In this document: positions 10,659 to 23,033 of the stretch, one piece after another
Layout of the letters: every line of letters begins with the position of its first letter
Numbering within the stretch: the first letter of the stretch is position 1
Assembly: GCA_977017575.1 (NCBI GenBank)
Contig: CDRNVI010000187.1
Location: 1-64,000, forward strand
Direction of reading: 5' to 3'
Length of the DNA: 64,000 nt
Origin: Paramoeba atlantica
Lineage: Eukaryota; Protista; Discosea
Position numbers and translations under genes: made by a program
The notes under the pieces: model-generated
Databases searched by the model: none
What the model was told of the DNA's origin: nothing
What the model saw: the letters and a program-made list of their open reading frames with translations, nothing else

Positions 10659-13623
10659 AAAGAAGAACAAGGATTCGGAGCAGGTTGGCAACAAGATTGA
10701 CACTTACATTGACATGTGCAAGTACAAGAAGAAGAAAAGAAAGAAGAAGAAGAAGAAGAAGGAGGAGAAGAAGGAGAAGAACCAAAAGAATCTGAAAAAG
10801 AATTTTTCTCATCCCCCAAAATAGGGACCAAAAATTTGGTCAAAAAATCAGAGGGATAAAGACTGATAAATAAATTACAGGGGTCCATTGGGTGTGACGC
10901 CAAATAATCTATAATATCAAAAGATATTTTTTCTAATGTTTCTACTCCTTTGAACCATTTCATGCTTCTTAGAACTCCCAAGTATTGTTTAAAAATTTTC
11001 TGGAAAAGGGAAAATCAATAACAACTTTAAATGTAACTTACAAAAAAAGCATAAAACAAAAAAATAGTTTTCAAAAATCTCAAAACAAACAAACAAAACC
11101 AACAACAAAACACAAAACCAACAAAACAAAACCAATAAAAAACAAAACCAACAACAAAAAACAAAACCAACAAAACAAAAACAAAAACAAAACCAAAATC
11201 TGGGCCGTTTCAACCCCCGAAAAAGTAACCCCCCTGGTAACCCCAACCATATGAAAAACAGCCGGACATCTTTTGACGTCCCATCTCTCCTTCTCTCCTT
11301 CTTCTCTGATTAACAATTCTGATAATTCGTTTGGAAAATTTGTTTCATTTTCTAATTCTGAGCGAGAGATTTCGGTTGGTTTGGGGGAGTTGGAGAGGGA
11401 GGAGAGGATGTCGAGGAGGAAGAGAGTGATGGAGGAGAAGATTTTTCGTTTCTGGAATGGGGGGTTGAGAGAGAGGAGGAGAAGAGAGAGAGAGAAAAGA
11501 AAGAAAGAAAGAGGAGAGAAGGAGATGGGAGTGGAGAGAGAGGTATACCTTTGGGTTTTCAGAAGATAGATGAGGGAGGACGTTTGAACAAAAGGAATCC
11601 CCAAGAACCTTAAAAAAACAAAAAGAATAATCAGTAAATAAAGAAAAAAAAATAAACAAAAAAATGTGAAAGAAGAAAAAATGGAAAGTCAAATCAATTC
11701 AAAGAAAATAAAAATTAAAATTAACAAAAAAAATTTACCTGAGGATTACAAAAAGAAAAATCTCCCAAACTCAAATGAAACATCATATTTTTTTGAAATG
11801 GTTTTAAAATCATTTTTACTACTCTTTCGATCACATCCTCTCTCCTTTTTCTCTCTTCTCCTCTCTCTTCTCCTCTCTCTTCTTCTTTCTCTTCTCCTTT
11901 CTCTTCTCCTTTCTCTCCTTTTCCTTCTCGTTTTATTTTTTTTCTCAAAAAAGATTTTTTCTTTTCTCCTTCTGCAGAAAAAAGTTAAGAAGACAGAAGA
12001 GAAAAGAGAAAAGAGAAAAGAGAAAAGAGAAAAAGAGAGAAACCTTTTGAGCTGAATTTTAAACCCTCCTATTTTTTAAAAATAATTTAAAATAACATTT
12101 AAACCAAAAAAAAAAGAAAAAAAAAACTGTTGATAAATGAAGAGTCGAAGGACGAGAAGTAGAAGGAAGATTTGAAACAAAAGAGAAAAATCCTTTTGGT
12201 CCAGCTCCTTCTTCTACTTTACTCTTTTCCAATCCATCTATGGAAGAAATAAATAAGAAGACTAATAAATAAAATGAACAATAAATAATTTATAAATAGT
12301 TAATAAATAGTAATAAATAGTAATAAATAAAGAATAAGAAATAATAAGAATAATAAAAAACTGGTCATTGGCAATAAAATCATGAGCAACATAATCCAAA
12401 AAACCCCTTCACATTACATAACACTTCAACAAACAATAATAAAAGCATAATATTAATATAATGTATAATACTAAATAATAATTTTTAAAATAATAAAGAA
12501 TAATAAAATACTTAATAAATAATAAATAAATAAATAAATAAAGAAGAAAAAAAATAAAAAACCCAAAGAATTGCCATTGGCAATAAAATCATCAGCAACA
12601 TAATCCAAAAAGCCCTTCACATTACTACTCAACCCCAAACTCTCTTGAATATCCAAAATCTTGCCCCTCTCTCTCTCCCCTCTCTCTCTCTCTCCTCTTC
12701 TTATTCTCCTCTCTGAAAGTCTCCCCTTTTCCTTTGCTTTCATCCTCTCTCTCTCAGCAGAAGACTTCCTCGCAGCAATAATATCACTCCCCTTCTTCTT
12801 CCTCTCTTTCCACTTCTCCTCTTCTTTCTCTTTCCTCTTCTCCTCTTCTTTCTCTTCCCCCTTCCTCCCCTTCCTCTCTCTCTCTCCCTTCTCTCTCTCC
12901 CCCTTCTCTCTCTCTCCCCTCTCTCTCTCCCCTCTCTCTCTCTCCTCTCCTCTCGGAGAAATTCTTCTCTCTCTCTCTCCAAGAATTGGAGATTTTTCTC
13001 TTTGTTTTCTGAGTTCTTGTGATTTTGTTGAATGGTAAAATCTTTTTGTTGTTCTTCTCTTTCCTGCTGATCCTGCCCTGTTTATTTTGTTTATTTATTT
13101 ATTTTATTTTATTTTATTTTATTTTATTTTATTTTATTTTATTTTATTTTATTTTATTTTTTCTTCTGTGTTTCTGAATTTTGTCCCCTTTTTTTATTCT
13201 TTTATTTCAAAAAGCAGCACAACAAGAAAAAAGAAAAAAAACCTTTCTTTTTGAGTTCCATCCTCTTCGATCACCCTCTCTTGAGGTCTGTTTTATTAAA
13301 TAAGAATTACAAATTATTGGAAAAGATGTTTTTTGTTTTTTGTTTTTTCATTAAATTGAAAATTTTTCTTTTTTCTTTTTCTCTCTTTGATTTGACAGAA
13401 TTCATTTTTTTTTGTAAATAACCTTGGAGAAGGAGGATGCTCCATTTTTGCGATATAATTCAAGAACCCTTTCGCATTCGCATCCAACCCCATTTTTCTA
13501 TTTCACAAACTTCAGAAAACCCCAAAAAAGAAAAAAAATATAAGAGAGAGAAGGGAGGGGAGAGAGAAAAAGCTGAGGGAGAGAGGACTGTGGGGTGGGG
13601 GACAAGACAAACCGCTCGGACAT
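5935..13623 (-). CDS. Large multi-exon hypothetical protein (roughly 15 exons)
   Basis: Phase-compatible GT-AG exon chain: MSER|KMGLDANAKGFLNYIAK...|...LGLSSNVKGFLDYVADD...|...AHR|MMFENNVWEGRQ...NIQ|IYLDPWERMM...KS|EEDLPLINE...|TSPREQ...FIER|VFDLIIDVAKEWVPYVPPALFAPPSYDFALEE|MAAFFKNVPR...|NGERKNEACEWWLSHIEKK (joins ORF 5935-6987). No known domain recognised; some junctions are uncertain. Confidence 0.65.
7440..8520 (-). repeat. Imperfect tandem array of the 3' end of an exon plus its GT donor and intron start (7 extra copies + original)
   Basis: The unit core cctcttccaacg..aatcataagaag(a/g)aggagcaaacaaagcaggaggaac recurs at about 7449, 7631, 7774, 7930 (internally deleted), 8037, 8141, 8328 and 8461 (true exon). 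Copies are separated by variable A-rich spacers. Confidence 0.9.
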
Positions 13624-14040
13624 TTTTTGATCTCTCTTTTCTCTCTATTCTCTATTCTCTATTCTCTTTTCTCTTTCTCGTTTTTTCCTTTCTGAGAACG
13701 ACCAAAAACGCTGGGACCCAAAAAAAGGGAACAAACCGGAAAAATAACTTTATTTGGTATTTACTTATTTGGTATTTTTATTTATTTGGATATTTTATTG
13801 TCGGGTTTTTTGCAGAGCTAAAGTGAATAAATTCGAATTTTATTCAATTCAAAAAGGGTCTTTTTTATTCCAATTGTCTTTTTGAGGCAAAATCAAATTC
13901 AATTCACTTATTCGAATTGCATTTTTCAAAAAGACCTTTCCTCATGCATTTTTATTATGTCAAAGAACTTTTTTATTCGTAGTGTTTATTCACTTCTGGT
14001 TTTTGATGGTTTTTTTTTTTTTGTTTTCTTTTTTTGTTTG

Positions 14041-15735
14041 ATGGCTGATTCTCCAGGTTTTCTTTTATTCTTTTTCTTTTTCTTTTGCTTTCTCTTACCT
14101 ACGAAAAATAGGTTCTGAAGAAAAGTCAATTGACACAAGGCAGAGTGATGAGAGCGATCAATCGGCTGGTTCAAGCGATGAAGGAAAGGAAGAAGTAAAG
14201 GAAGAAGACGGAGATTCTGAAGATGATGATTCAGAAGAAGAAGAAGAAGAAGATTCAAAGGAAGAGAGTGATTCAGATGATGATTCAGATGAAGAGAGTG
14301 ATTCAGATGAGGAGAGTGATTCAGACGAAGATGATTCAGATGAAGAGAGTGATTCAGATGAAGACTCTTCAGGAGATGAAGATTCAGAAGAAGAAGAAGA
14401 AGAAGAAGAGAAGACAAAAGAGAAAAAGAAAGGGCCTCAGCTTCCACCAATGAAAGCTCCTTCTCGTTTTCCTGGTTTCAAACTTGATACTTTGCCTCCT
14501 CATTCTGGGGCACGGACCAGAATGAAAGAAGAAGAGGAAGTTGAAGAGGAAGAGAGTGAAGAGGAAGAAACTGAAGAAGAAGAAAGTGAAGAAGAAAGTG
14601 AAGAAGAAAGTGAAAAAGAAAGTGAAGAAGAGAGCGAAGAAGAAAGTGAAGAAGAAAGTGAGGAAGAAGAAGATAGTGAGGAAGAAGAAGATAGTGAGGA
14701 GGAGAAAGAAGAAGAGAAAGAGGCGGGAGGTAGGATACAGAAAGATTTTGAACGATTGGTAGACTATTCAAAATCACTTGGTTGACTCTTTTTCTTCTTT
14801 TCTTTTCCTTGAGAAAGAAATTCTCATTTCCTTTTCTTTTCTCTTCTTTCTCTCTTCTCCAGAATGTCAATTAGAAAGGGCGAAGGAAGCTCTCATCAGT
14901 TTTGTGGGACAAAAAGAAGAAGACCAACGCAAAATCTCTCTCTTACAATCTAAAATGAAAGATTACCAACTTCAAATTTGCTCTTTGGAAAATGATCTTC
15001 GAGATTTGAAAAAGGGAGAGAGAAATGTGAAAGAAGAAAGAGTTTTGAGAAAGGAACTTGTTCCTCTTTCTCCTCTCTCTTCTTCTTCTCCCAGGTTTGT
15101 TTCTTTTTTCTTTCTTTCTCTTTGATTTTTTTTTTTGATTTCTTTTCTCTCTTTCTCTCTCTCTCTCTCTCAAATTAGATCTTTTGGAATTTGGTTTTGG
15201 ATTTCGATGTTCTTTGGAATTGTAATAATTCTTCTCTCTTTTGTTTTGGGACTCGGAATTTTGGATGAGAATTGTAAACCCCCAAATATCTTCAATTAGT
15301 TCAAATCCTTTCTCTCTCTTCTCTCTCTCCTCTCCTCTCTCTCCTCTCCTCTCTCTCCTCTCTCTCCTCCTCTCTCTTTCTTTCTCTCCTCCTCTCTTCT
15401 CTCATGCTCTTTCCATTCAATCCTCTTTTCTTTTCTTTTTGTTGTATAGAAAACAATTGTTAATTTATGATAAGGGTTGTGTTTCATTAAATATTCTTTT
15501 TTAATTCAAAATATTTTTCTGATTTTTTTTTTTTAATTAATCTTGTTTTCTTAATTTTTTTTTCATCTTTTTTTCTTTTTCTTTTTTGTCCTTCTCATCT
15601 CAAAACCCCTTTTAATATTCAGTTGTCTCTTTTCTTCTTGTATCGCAACAACAACTTCCTGATCTCCTTTTGTACGGAGAACAACCACAAAACATTCAAG
15701 TCCCATTTTTCCAAAGAGTCAGAAATAACATCTGA
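14041..15735 (+). CDS. Highly acidic (D/E/S-rich) coiled-coil protein with a C-proximal transmembrane segment
   Basis: MADSP|GSEEKSIDTRQSDES...(SDEES)n...MKAPSRFPG...EEESEEE...|ECQLERAKEAL...LENDLRDLKK...|SFGIWFWISMFFGIVIILLSLFW. The 3' exon structure and stop position are uncertain. Confidence 0.6.
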
Positions 15736-15836
15736 ATTCTCAAAAAGATCACCATGAAAAATAAGACCCTTCTCTCACGTTTCCTGAATCATAAACAAAG
15801 AGAGGAATCCTTCTTCTTCTGATAGAACCTCACTCT

Positions 15837-18800
15837 TTATCTATCAACAAGATGAAGTCCTTGAGTTTCTGGGAGAAGAAAACACAAAAGACCTGCTCCT
15901 GTTGAGACAACTCCAAAAATCATAAAGAGAATCTAAAAAAAAGAAAGAAAAATTTCATTTGAGAAAAAAAATTAATCAGAATCAAAAAATATAATAAGAA
16001 TTCATCTTAAACAAGAAAATGAGAATTACAAATCGTCAAAGGAGGGATCAATCCATTCAAGGAGAGCCAATAAAGAACCAATTCAGAGAAATAATTTACC
16101 CCAAATTAATCATAAATAAAGAAACAAACAAACAAACAAATAAATAAACAAATCAATAAATCAATAAATAAACAAACAAATAAATAAACAAACAAAATAA
16201 AATAAAACAAACAAACAAAATCAAACCTCCTCACCAGCCACACCATGAATAAAAATAGCCAAAAAGGGAGCCAACAAAGCACCAATTCTGCCTGCACTAT
16301 TTGATGACCCACAACATACTGCTCGGAGTGATGTTGGGAATAATTCTGCTGCATAGAGAAAGATCTGTTTTTTTTTTGGGGGGGGGGAGAGAGAGAGGAG
16401 AGAGAGGAGAGGAGGAGAGAGAGAGGAGGAGAGAGGAGAGAGGAGGGGAGAGAGGAGAGGAGAGAGGAGAGGAGAGAGGAAAGAGAGAGGAGAGGAGAGA
16501 GGAGGAGAATCAGTTTTGTTTCTTTTGTGTTTATTTTGGAGTTTAGAAAAAAAAAAAAGGAAAAAGATTTTGAAAGAAAGAAAAAGAAAAGAAAAACTGT
16601 ATCAAAAGTCATTGTAATAAAGAATTTTGCCAAGTTGGACATGATTGTGATCCACACTCCATCAAACCATGGGATCAATAAGACTAATAAACCTTATTTT
16701 TAGGAGAAATAATTTAATTATTATGACTTTAAGAAAGGGAAAAAAAAAAGAAAAAGAAAGAAAGAAAAAGAAAGAAATAAGATACAAATGCCGCAACTAA
16801 TTAAAGTCGAAGCAGTCGCAAACCGCCTCCCAAAACGAAGATTCAAAGGAATTACTACAAAAAAAGAAATTAGAATCGAAAATAATTTTATTGAAAAAAA
16901 AAACTTTGAACAGAAAAGAAAAATAAACCGATAATTGCAGCAGGGATTTCAACAACGGATGATATGAGAAGAGCAAGACTAATATTATCTTCATTTGTTG
17001 AACTATTAAACAAAACTCAAAAAGGAAGCAGAATAGAATAAAAATAAGAATATTGATAAAAATAAATAAATTTCCAATCTTAACATTATTAAATCTCCTT
17101 CGAACCTGGAGACACTCCCCTAAAATCTTCAAAGATTCTTGCTTGTTATTTTAACGTTAGAGATTTATTTTAAACATCAAGCTAAAAGCTGTGGCCAAAT
17201 ATTTTGGTGCAAAACAAAGGAAGGTGTCACAGGATTGGTTTTTTGTTGTTTTTGGTGTGTTTTTTGATGTTTGGATGGTGTGACACCTTCCTTTGTTTTC
17301 TGTTTGGCCAACAGCATTTAGCTTGGCTTAAAATAAATCTCTAATGTTAAAATAACGAGCAAGAATCTTTGAAGATTTTAGGGGAGTGTCTCCAGGTATT
17401 TTGGAGAAATAAATAAATAAAATAAATAAAATAAATAAAATAAATAAAATAAATAAAATAAAATAAAATAAAATAAAATAAAATAAAATAAAATAAAACA
17501 AATAAAACAAATAAAACAAATCAAACAAATCAAACAAAACAAAACAAAACAAAAACCTAAGCGTAGTACCATAATAAACCATAGCAGTAGCAAACCAAGC
17601 AACCCACTGAATCAACAAACACTTCCGAATTTGAACCATTGTTTTCCCAACCACAAGTTCTACTTCCTTTATTTCTTCCTCTTTTTCTGTTGAGGGAGAG
17701 AGAGAGAGAGAGGAAGAGGGATAGGAAGAAAGAGGAGAGGATTCGGTAGATTCACCAATCTCACTAATTTTGTCATTTGTGAAAAAAACTTGGTACAATG
17801 ATCCTTTTTTAAAAAATGGAAAAGGAATCAGAAAAAAAAAATCATTCAAATGCTTTATTTTTCAAAAAAGAAACGAAAAAAATGAAATTTTAATTAAAAA
17901 TAAGTTTGAAAAAATATCAAAAAAAAAATCCAAAAAGACCTTTTTGTTTTGTACTTTTAACAGAAGGAAGAGCAATTTTTTTTGGCAATTCAAGACCAGT
18001 ATTACAGCGAACAATATCTTGCATGGATGAGAGTGCTTTATCTTCATCTCCATTTACTATTGTTTGAATTAAAATTAATTTTTTTAGTAATTGGTTGGAA
18101 AATACTTTTTCTCAAAATGAAAAGAAAGAGCAATTGAGAAGAAAGAATATCAAAAAAGAGTTCATTTAAAGAGAGGGATTTATCAAAGAAATATCAATAA
18201 TAAAAAATAAAAAACCTAAAAGATAACGAGGAGATTCAGGAACAAAAAAAAGAACCAAAAAGAAAACTATTATCCCAAAAAAGGGAAAAGGAGCAAGAAC
18301 AATTTTATACGCAACTAAAAAAAATGAAAAAAATAGTTTAGAAAACCAAAAAAAAGATATTTTTTGAAACTTGAAATCACAATTATTTTTATGTTCTTCA
18401 TCAAAAAAAAGAGAGAAAAGAAGAAAAGAAACCAGAGCTCTCTTGATCATAATCAAGAACAGAATAGACCAATAAACCCATCAAAGATAGAAATATCTAC
18501 TCAAAAAGAAATAAAAAAGAATGCCTTTTTCAATGAAAAGAAGATAAAAAGAAAAGAAAAAGAAAAAGAGAAAAAAAATAAATAAATAACCTCTCCAATT
18601 GCAAACCAAATATGCCAAAAAGTCAAAGATGCGTCTCTATTTTTGATATCTACAACTTCTGAGACAACATTAAATGCAACTGTGTTTAAGAAAATAAGAT
18701 AAAAGAATTATTAAAACAGCAAAAACATACAAACAAAATAAATAAAATAAAATAAAATAAATAAAATAAATAAAATAAATAAAATAAATAAAATAAAATA

Positions 18801-19755
18801 AAACAAATAAAATAAATCAACAAAAACAAAAACAAAAAAACAAAAACAAAACAAAACTTGCATTCAAAGAACCAGTAGCACAACCAATCCAAAAACGATA
18901 CAACAAAACATACCAATAAAAAGGAGAAATAAGTCCACAATATGCAAAGAAAACTGCAAATCCACAAGAACCCAAAAAAACTGGTTTTCTTTTTTTTTTT
19001 TTTTTGATCAGAAAAAGAAGATGATTATTATTAGGATGGTTATTTGGGTGATTGTTTTATTTTATCATAGTTTTTTTATTCATTTAATTAAAAATGAAAA
19101 ATGAGTAAGTGAATAAATATTTTTTTATTCAAAGTTAAATCTTAAAAAAAAAATTCATTCTCAAAAACTAATTTCCATTCTTAATTTTTTCGTTGCAACA
19201 AAAAAAGTTGTTGTCAAATAAATCCAAAAAAAAACCTGCCATATTTATCTGCTGCAGCTCCACAAAAATAAGCACCAAAAGCCCATCCAAAAAATGTTGC
19301 AGACCCAAGAAAACTGAAAAAAGAAACAATTTTAATAAATTATTATTTTAGTGATTAAAAAAAGAGAGTCAAGAGAGAAATTAGAAAAAAAGAAAAAATC
19401 TCATAAAAAAAAACAAAAAAAAAAAGAAAAAAAAGAAAAGACCTCAATTCAAATTCACCAACATTTGACCACTCATTTGTCAAACCAGCAATGACATAGA
19501 CTTGAGAAAGAACATCAGTTGCATGAAATACCCACCCCAATCCTATTTATTATTTATTATTTACTATTTATTATTGGTTTATTTATTTTAAAAATGGTAT
19601 TTATGATTCTTGGTTTTACCCTGGCAAAATCCTATTTATTATTATTGGTTTGTTTTGCTATGGTATTTATTATGATATCAGTTTTTCTTTCAAATCCTAT
19701 TGGTTTTCCTCTTTAAAGGCGACTATTGGCGAGTAAAAGAGAAAAAGAAAGAAAA

Positions 19756-19794
<39 letters not shown>

Positions 19795-19970
19795 ACACCT
19801 GTAATGACCCAAATTCGCCACTGAAAAGAACGAAAACCATCCGCTTCACCAATCAAAATCTCATCAATCGATTTTTTAACAATCAAATTCCCATCATCAT
19901 TCTCAAGGCGACCATTTCTCTTGACGATTCCCTCATTTCCTTCATCAACAACACCTTCCATTTTCCACAT
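15837..19970 (-). CDS. MFS transporter, SLC22/SV2/sugar-porter-like; about 12 exons
   Basis: Spliced motifs: FRSFQWRIWVITG, GAAADKYGRK (motif A), YRFWIG, VPESPRYL, WFATAMVYYG, YAAELFPTSLRA...GRIGALLAP, LLPETQG. Confidence 0.88.
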
Positions 19971-20317
19971 GAAATAAAAGTCCTCTTCTCGTTTCTCCTT
20001 CTCTCTCTTTTTTCTTTTTCTCTTTCTTTCCTTCTCTTTCTCTCAACGAAAATTGTTATCCTTCTCCCACCCACCTTCCTCTCACAATCGTGAAACACAA
20101 TCGGCCAGACAAAAATGAGCAATTTTAGCTCTTGCTGACAAAAAGGGCACTAAAATTTTTGGTTTCAGCTCTTCTTTCTTCTTGATGCTCTTTCGTTGTT
20201 TTCATTTTTCTTCCATTGCAACTGGACCTCTTTCTCTCCAATCTTTCATTACTTCTTCTTCTTCTACTTTCTTTTCTTTTTTTCAAAAAAAGAAAAGTTG
20301 CACAAACGCTATCAAAA

Positions 20318-21450
20318 ATGGATCAATTGGATGAATTGAATGATTTCAAAAAAGAAAATGGGGAAGCGATTTGGACTTATGCACAAACAGGAGATGTTGA
20401 AATAATGAAAGCTTTTTTGGAGAAGTATCCTCATATTCTTCATCTTCGAAATCAGGGCGCTTCTGTTTGTTTTTTCTTTTTTTCTGAGATTGACCAGACC
20501 AAAACTAACTTTTTTCTTTACCACTTAGGGTTATGTTCTCTTTTTTGCTTCTTTTTATTTGATGATTTGTCTCAATTTCTTCGACTTCTCCTTTTCTTTT
20601 CACTAGACCGTCTTGCATTTTGCAGCAGTAAAAGGAAGAACGGAGATGGCTGAACTCTTTCTTTCTTTAGGAGCAGAAGTTGATCGTGATGATGTTCTCT
20701 TCTTTTTTTATTTCACCAATAATTTCTAATTGTTCTAATTTTCATTTAGAATCTTTGATTTTTATTTGTTACTCTCTTTTTTAACTCTTTTCTCTCTGGC
20801 AGAGGGTTTGTTTGATTCCCATTCTCACAAAAATTGGAAGTTAAATATTCCCTTTTTAACTTCTTCCCACTTTCTCTCTTTTTTTCCCTCCTGTCGACTA
20901 GGATGGAGACACACCGCTCCATCGAGCGTCAAGATGGAACCATCCAAAGACTTGTTCTCTTTTACTCAGTGCTGGTGCTAATCCTCATCATAAAAACAAC
21001 AGTGGAATGGTTTCTTTTTTTTTGTTTATTTCTTTTTTATCTTTCAAAATTGAGAATAATAATAATATTTTCCTTGAAATAGTCACCAATCGATGTTGCT
21101 CGAAGATTTTCAGGAAACCCTGAATTTATTCATCTCTTAGAGGTTCCTTTTTTTTTAATTGAACCCAAGATTCAGATCAAACATTGAACCCTGAGTTCAA
21201 AACAATTTTCTTTTTGAGTGAACAAACCACATATTATTCTGATTATCCATTTGTTTTTATTTAGAATTCAAATGTTTCTACGATCAAACCAGCAAAAAGA
21301 TGAGTGATGATCTAAAATTATTGAAGGCTCAAAACGAAAATGTGAAGGATGAAAATATATGGTCAATAGAACAAAATAATATTAAAATAATAATCAAATA
21401 TTATTTTATTTATTTCAGTTTAGAAGAACATTCTCTTTTCAAAAAGATTT
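20318..21450 (+). CDS. Short ankyrin-repeat protein
   Basis: MDQLDELNDFKKENGEAIWTYAQTGDVEIMKAFLEKYP...|TVLHFAAVKGRTEMAELFLSLGAEVD|DGDTPLHRASRWNHPKTCSLLLSAGANP. The C-terminal end is approximate. Confidence 0.75.
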
Positions 21451-21591
21451 AAAAAAATTTATTTAAATAACAACCCACCAAAATCGGAAACTAAAAAATC
21501 CAAAACTCCGATAACACCCCCCCCCTTTTCTCTCCCAACCACTTTTTTATACACTTCTCCCAAACAAAAAAAAAACTTCTTTCACCACAAA

Positions 21592-22650
21592 CTAGAAGAG
21601 AGTATGAACTTTACGAGTCGCAGTAGAAGATAAAGTTTGGGCTGCAAGTTCTTCCGAACTTTCATTTCTTTGCTCATTTCTTCGTTCCTTTTTATCAACT
21701 TTATAACCAGGCAAAAAGAACAATCCTTCATTTTCCTTTTCTCCAGGAGAATCTTCTGATTGAATTGGGGGCTCATATTCATCATCCAAACGAATCCCAT
21801 CATCATCATCTTCTTCTTCTTCCTCTTTTCCATCGAGCACAACAGTTTCAAAATTAATATTGGAATAGCCAGGCATTCCACGATCTTCTTTTTCTGTGAT
21901 CGCAAGAGGTTTCGCTTCTCGTCCACCTCCAAAAATACCTTCATGTAGTTGGTTCCCTTCTTGTACAACTCGGATAATCATAGTTTCCATCTCTTTCGAT
22001 TTAATAAAATGAATTGGTGAAAATCCAAGTTCTTCCTAAAAAGAATTAAAGGTAAAAAAATTATTAAAAAAAATCAATTCGAAAAAAAAGAAACAAGAAA
22101 TTCTCTCTAGAGAACCTTCGCTTGATGATCTGCTCCCGCTTCCAACAGAATACTTGCAAATTTGACGTTATTTTCTCGAATTGCAATATGTAATGGTCGA
22201 TCTCCTTGTTCCTTTTTTAATTCTTAAGATTTCAAGTAACAACTTGTTTCAAAAAGAAGGAGAGAGGAAAGAAAGAGAGAAAGAAAGAGAAAGAAAGAGA
22301 AAGAAAGAGAAAGAAAAAAAGAAAAAACAAACATCGCCAACGTTCACATAAGCGTGCTCATCAATCAACAAAGCCCCAACCTCAACCGAATTCCAAAGAG
22401 CAGCCAAATGAAGAGGAGTATAACCATAATCATTTTGAGCATTAACATCAGAGCCATACTGAAACAACATCTTTGCAATCTCAGGATAATTTCCCTTTGC
22501 AGCAAAATGAAGAGCTGTGTATCCAAAATCTGGGTGTCTTTTATCGATGTCTAACGTCCCATCTGCGGCTTGTGAAGTCAACAGACTTTGGACAGCCTCT
22601 TTGTCTCCACTTTCAACAAGATCGAAGAGTGTGCTTGGCCCTCCTCCCAT
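21592..22650 (-). CDS. Ankyrin-repeat protein with possible N-myristoylation site and acidic tail
   Basis: MGGGPSTLF...GYTALHFAAKGNYPEIAKMLFQYGSDVNAQNDYGYTPLHLAALWN...|GDRPLHIAIRENNVKFASILLEAGAD|...acidic C-terminal exon (ORF 21592-21990). Confidence 0.85.
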
Positions 22651-23033
22651 CCTTAAGAAAAGACAATTTTGATCCTTAAGAAAAGTATTTTCAAATTGTT
22701 TTTCAAAAACTCCAACGCAAAAACACAAAAACCAAAAAAAAAAAACAAAAACAAAAAACATACAGAAAAATCATTTTCCTCCTTTTTCGGGGTTGTTTTG
22801 CACTCATCGCCTCAAAAATGAATTCCATGAATTTTCAGTGCTCCCCGCAGGTTGTGGGTTCAAGCCCCTTCGAAATCATTTTTTCTCTTTTTTTTCTTTT
22901 TGTTTTTTGAAACGTGGCGATTGGAGGAGGCTTTTCTCTTCTCTTTCTCCGTCTCTTTTTCTTTTGAAACTCGTTTTGTTTGTGAAAAGTTGGTTTTTGA
23001 ATTTGATTCTTGACTTTGTGAGTTTTTTTTTCC

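Noticed and set aside
7299-19000. Many F/L/Y/I-rich or K/R/E-rich ORFs in the track (also throughout the rest of the window)
   Set aside because: They are translations of T-rich or A/G-rich intronic simple repeats, or antisense shadows of real exons.
19519-19745. Apparent antisense mini-ORF nested in an MFS intron
   Set aside because: The segment is a patchwork of short duplications of the neighbouring acceptor (aatcctatttattatt); there is no convincing start, splice context or protein motif.
22850-22872. GGGTTCAAGCCC resembling a tRNA T-arm
   Set aside because: The T-stem pairs at only three positions, and no D-arm, anticodon arm or acceptor stem can be built.
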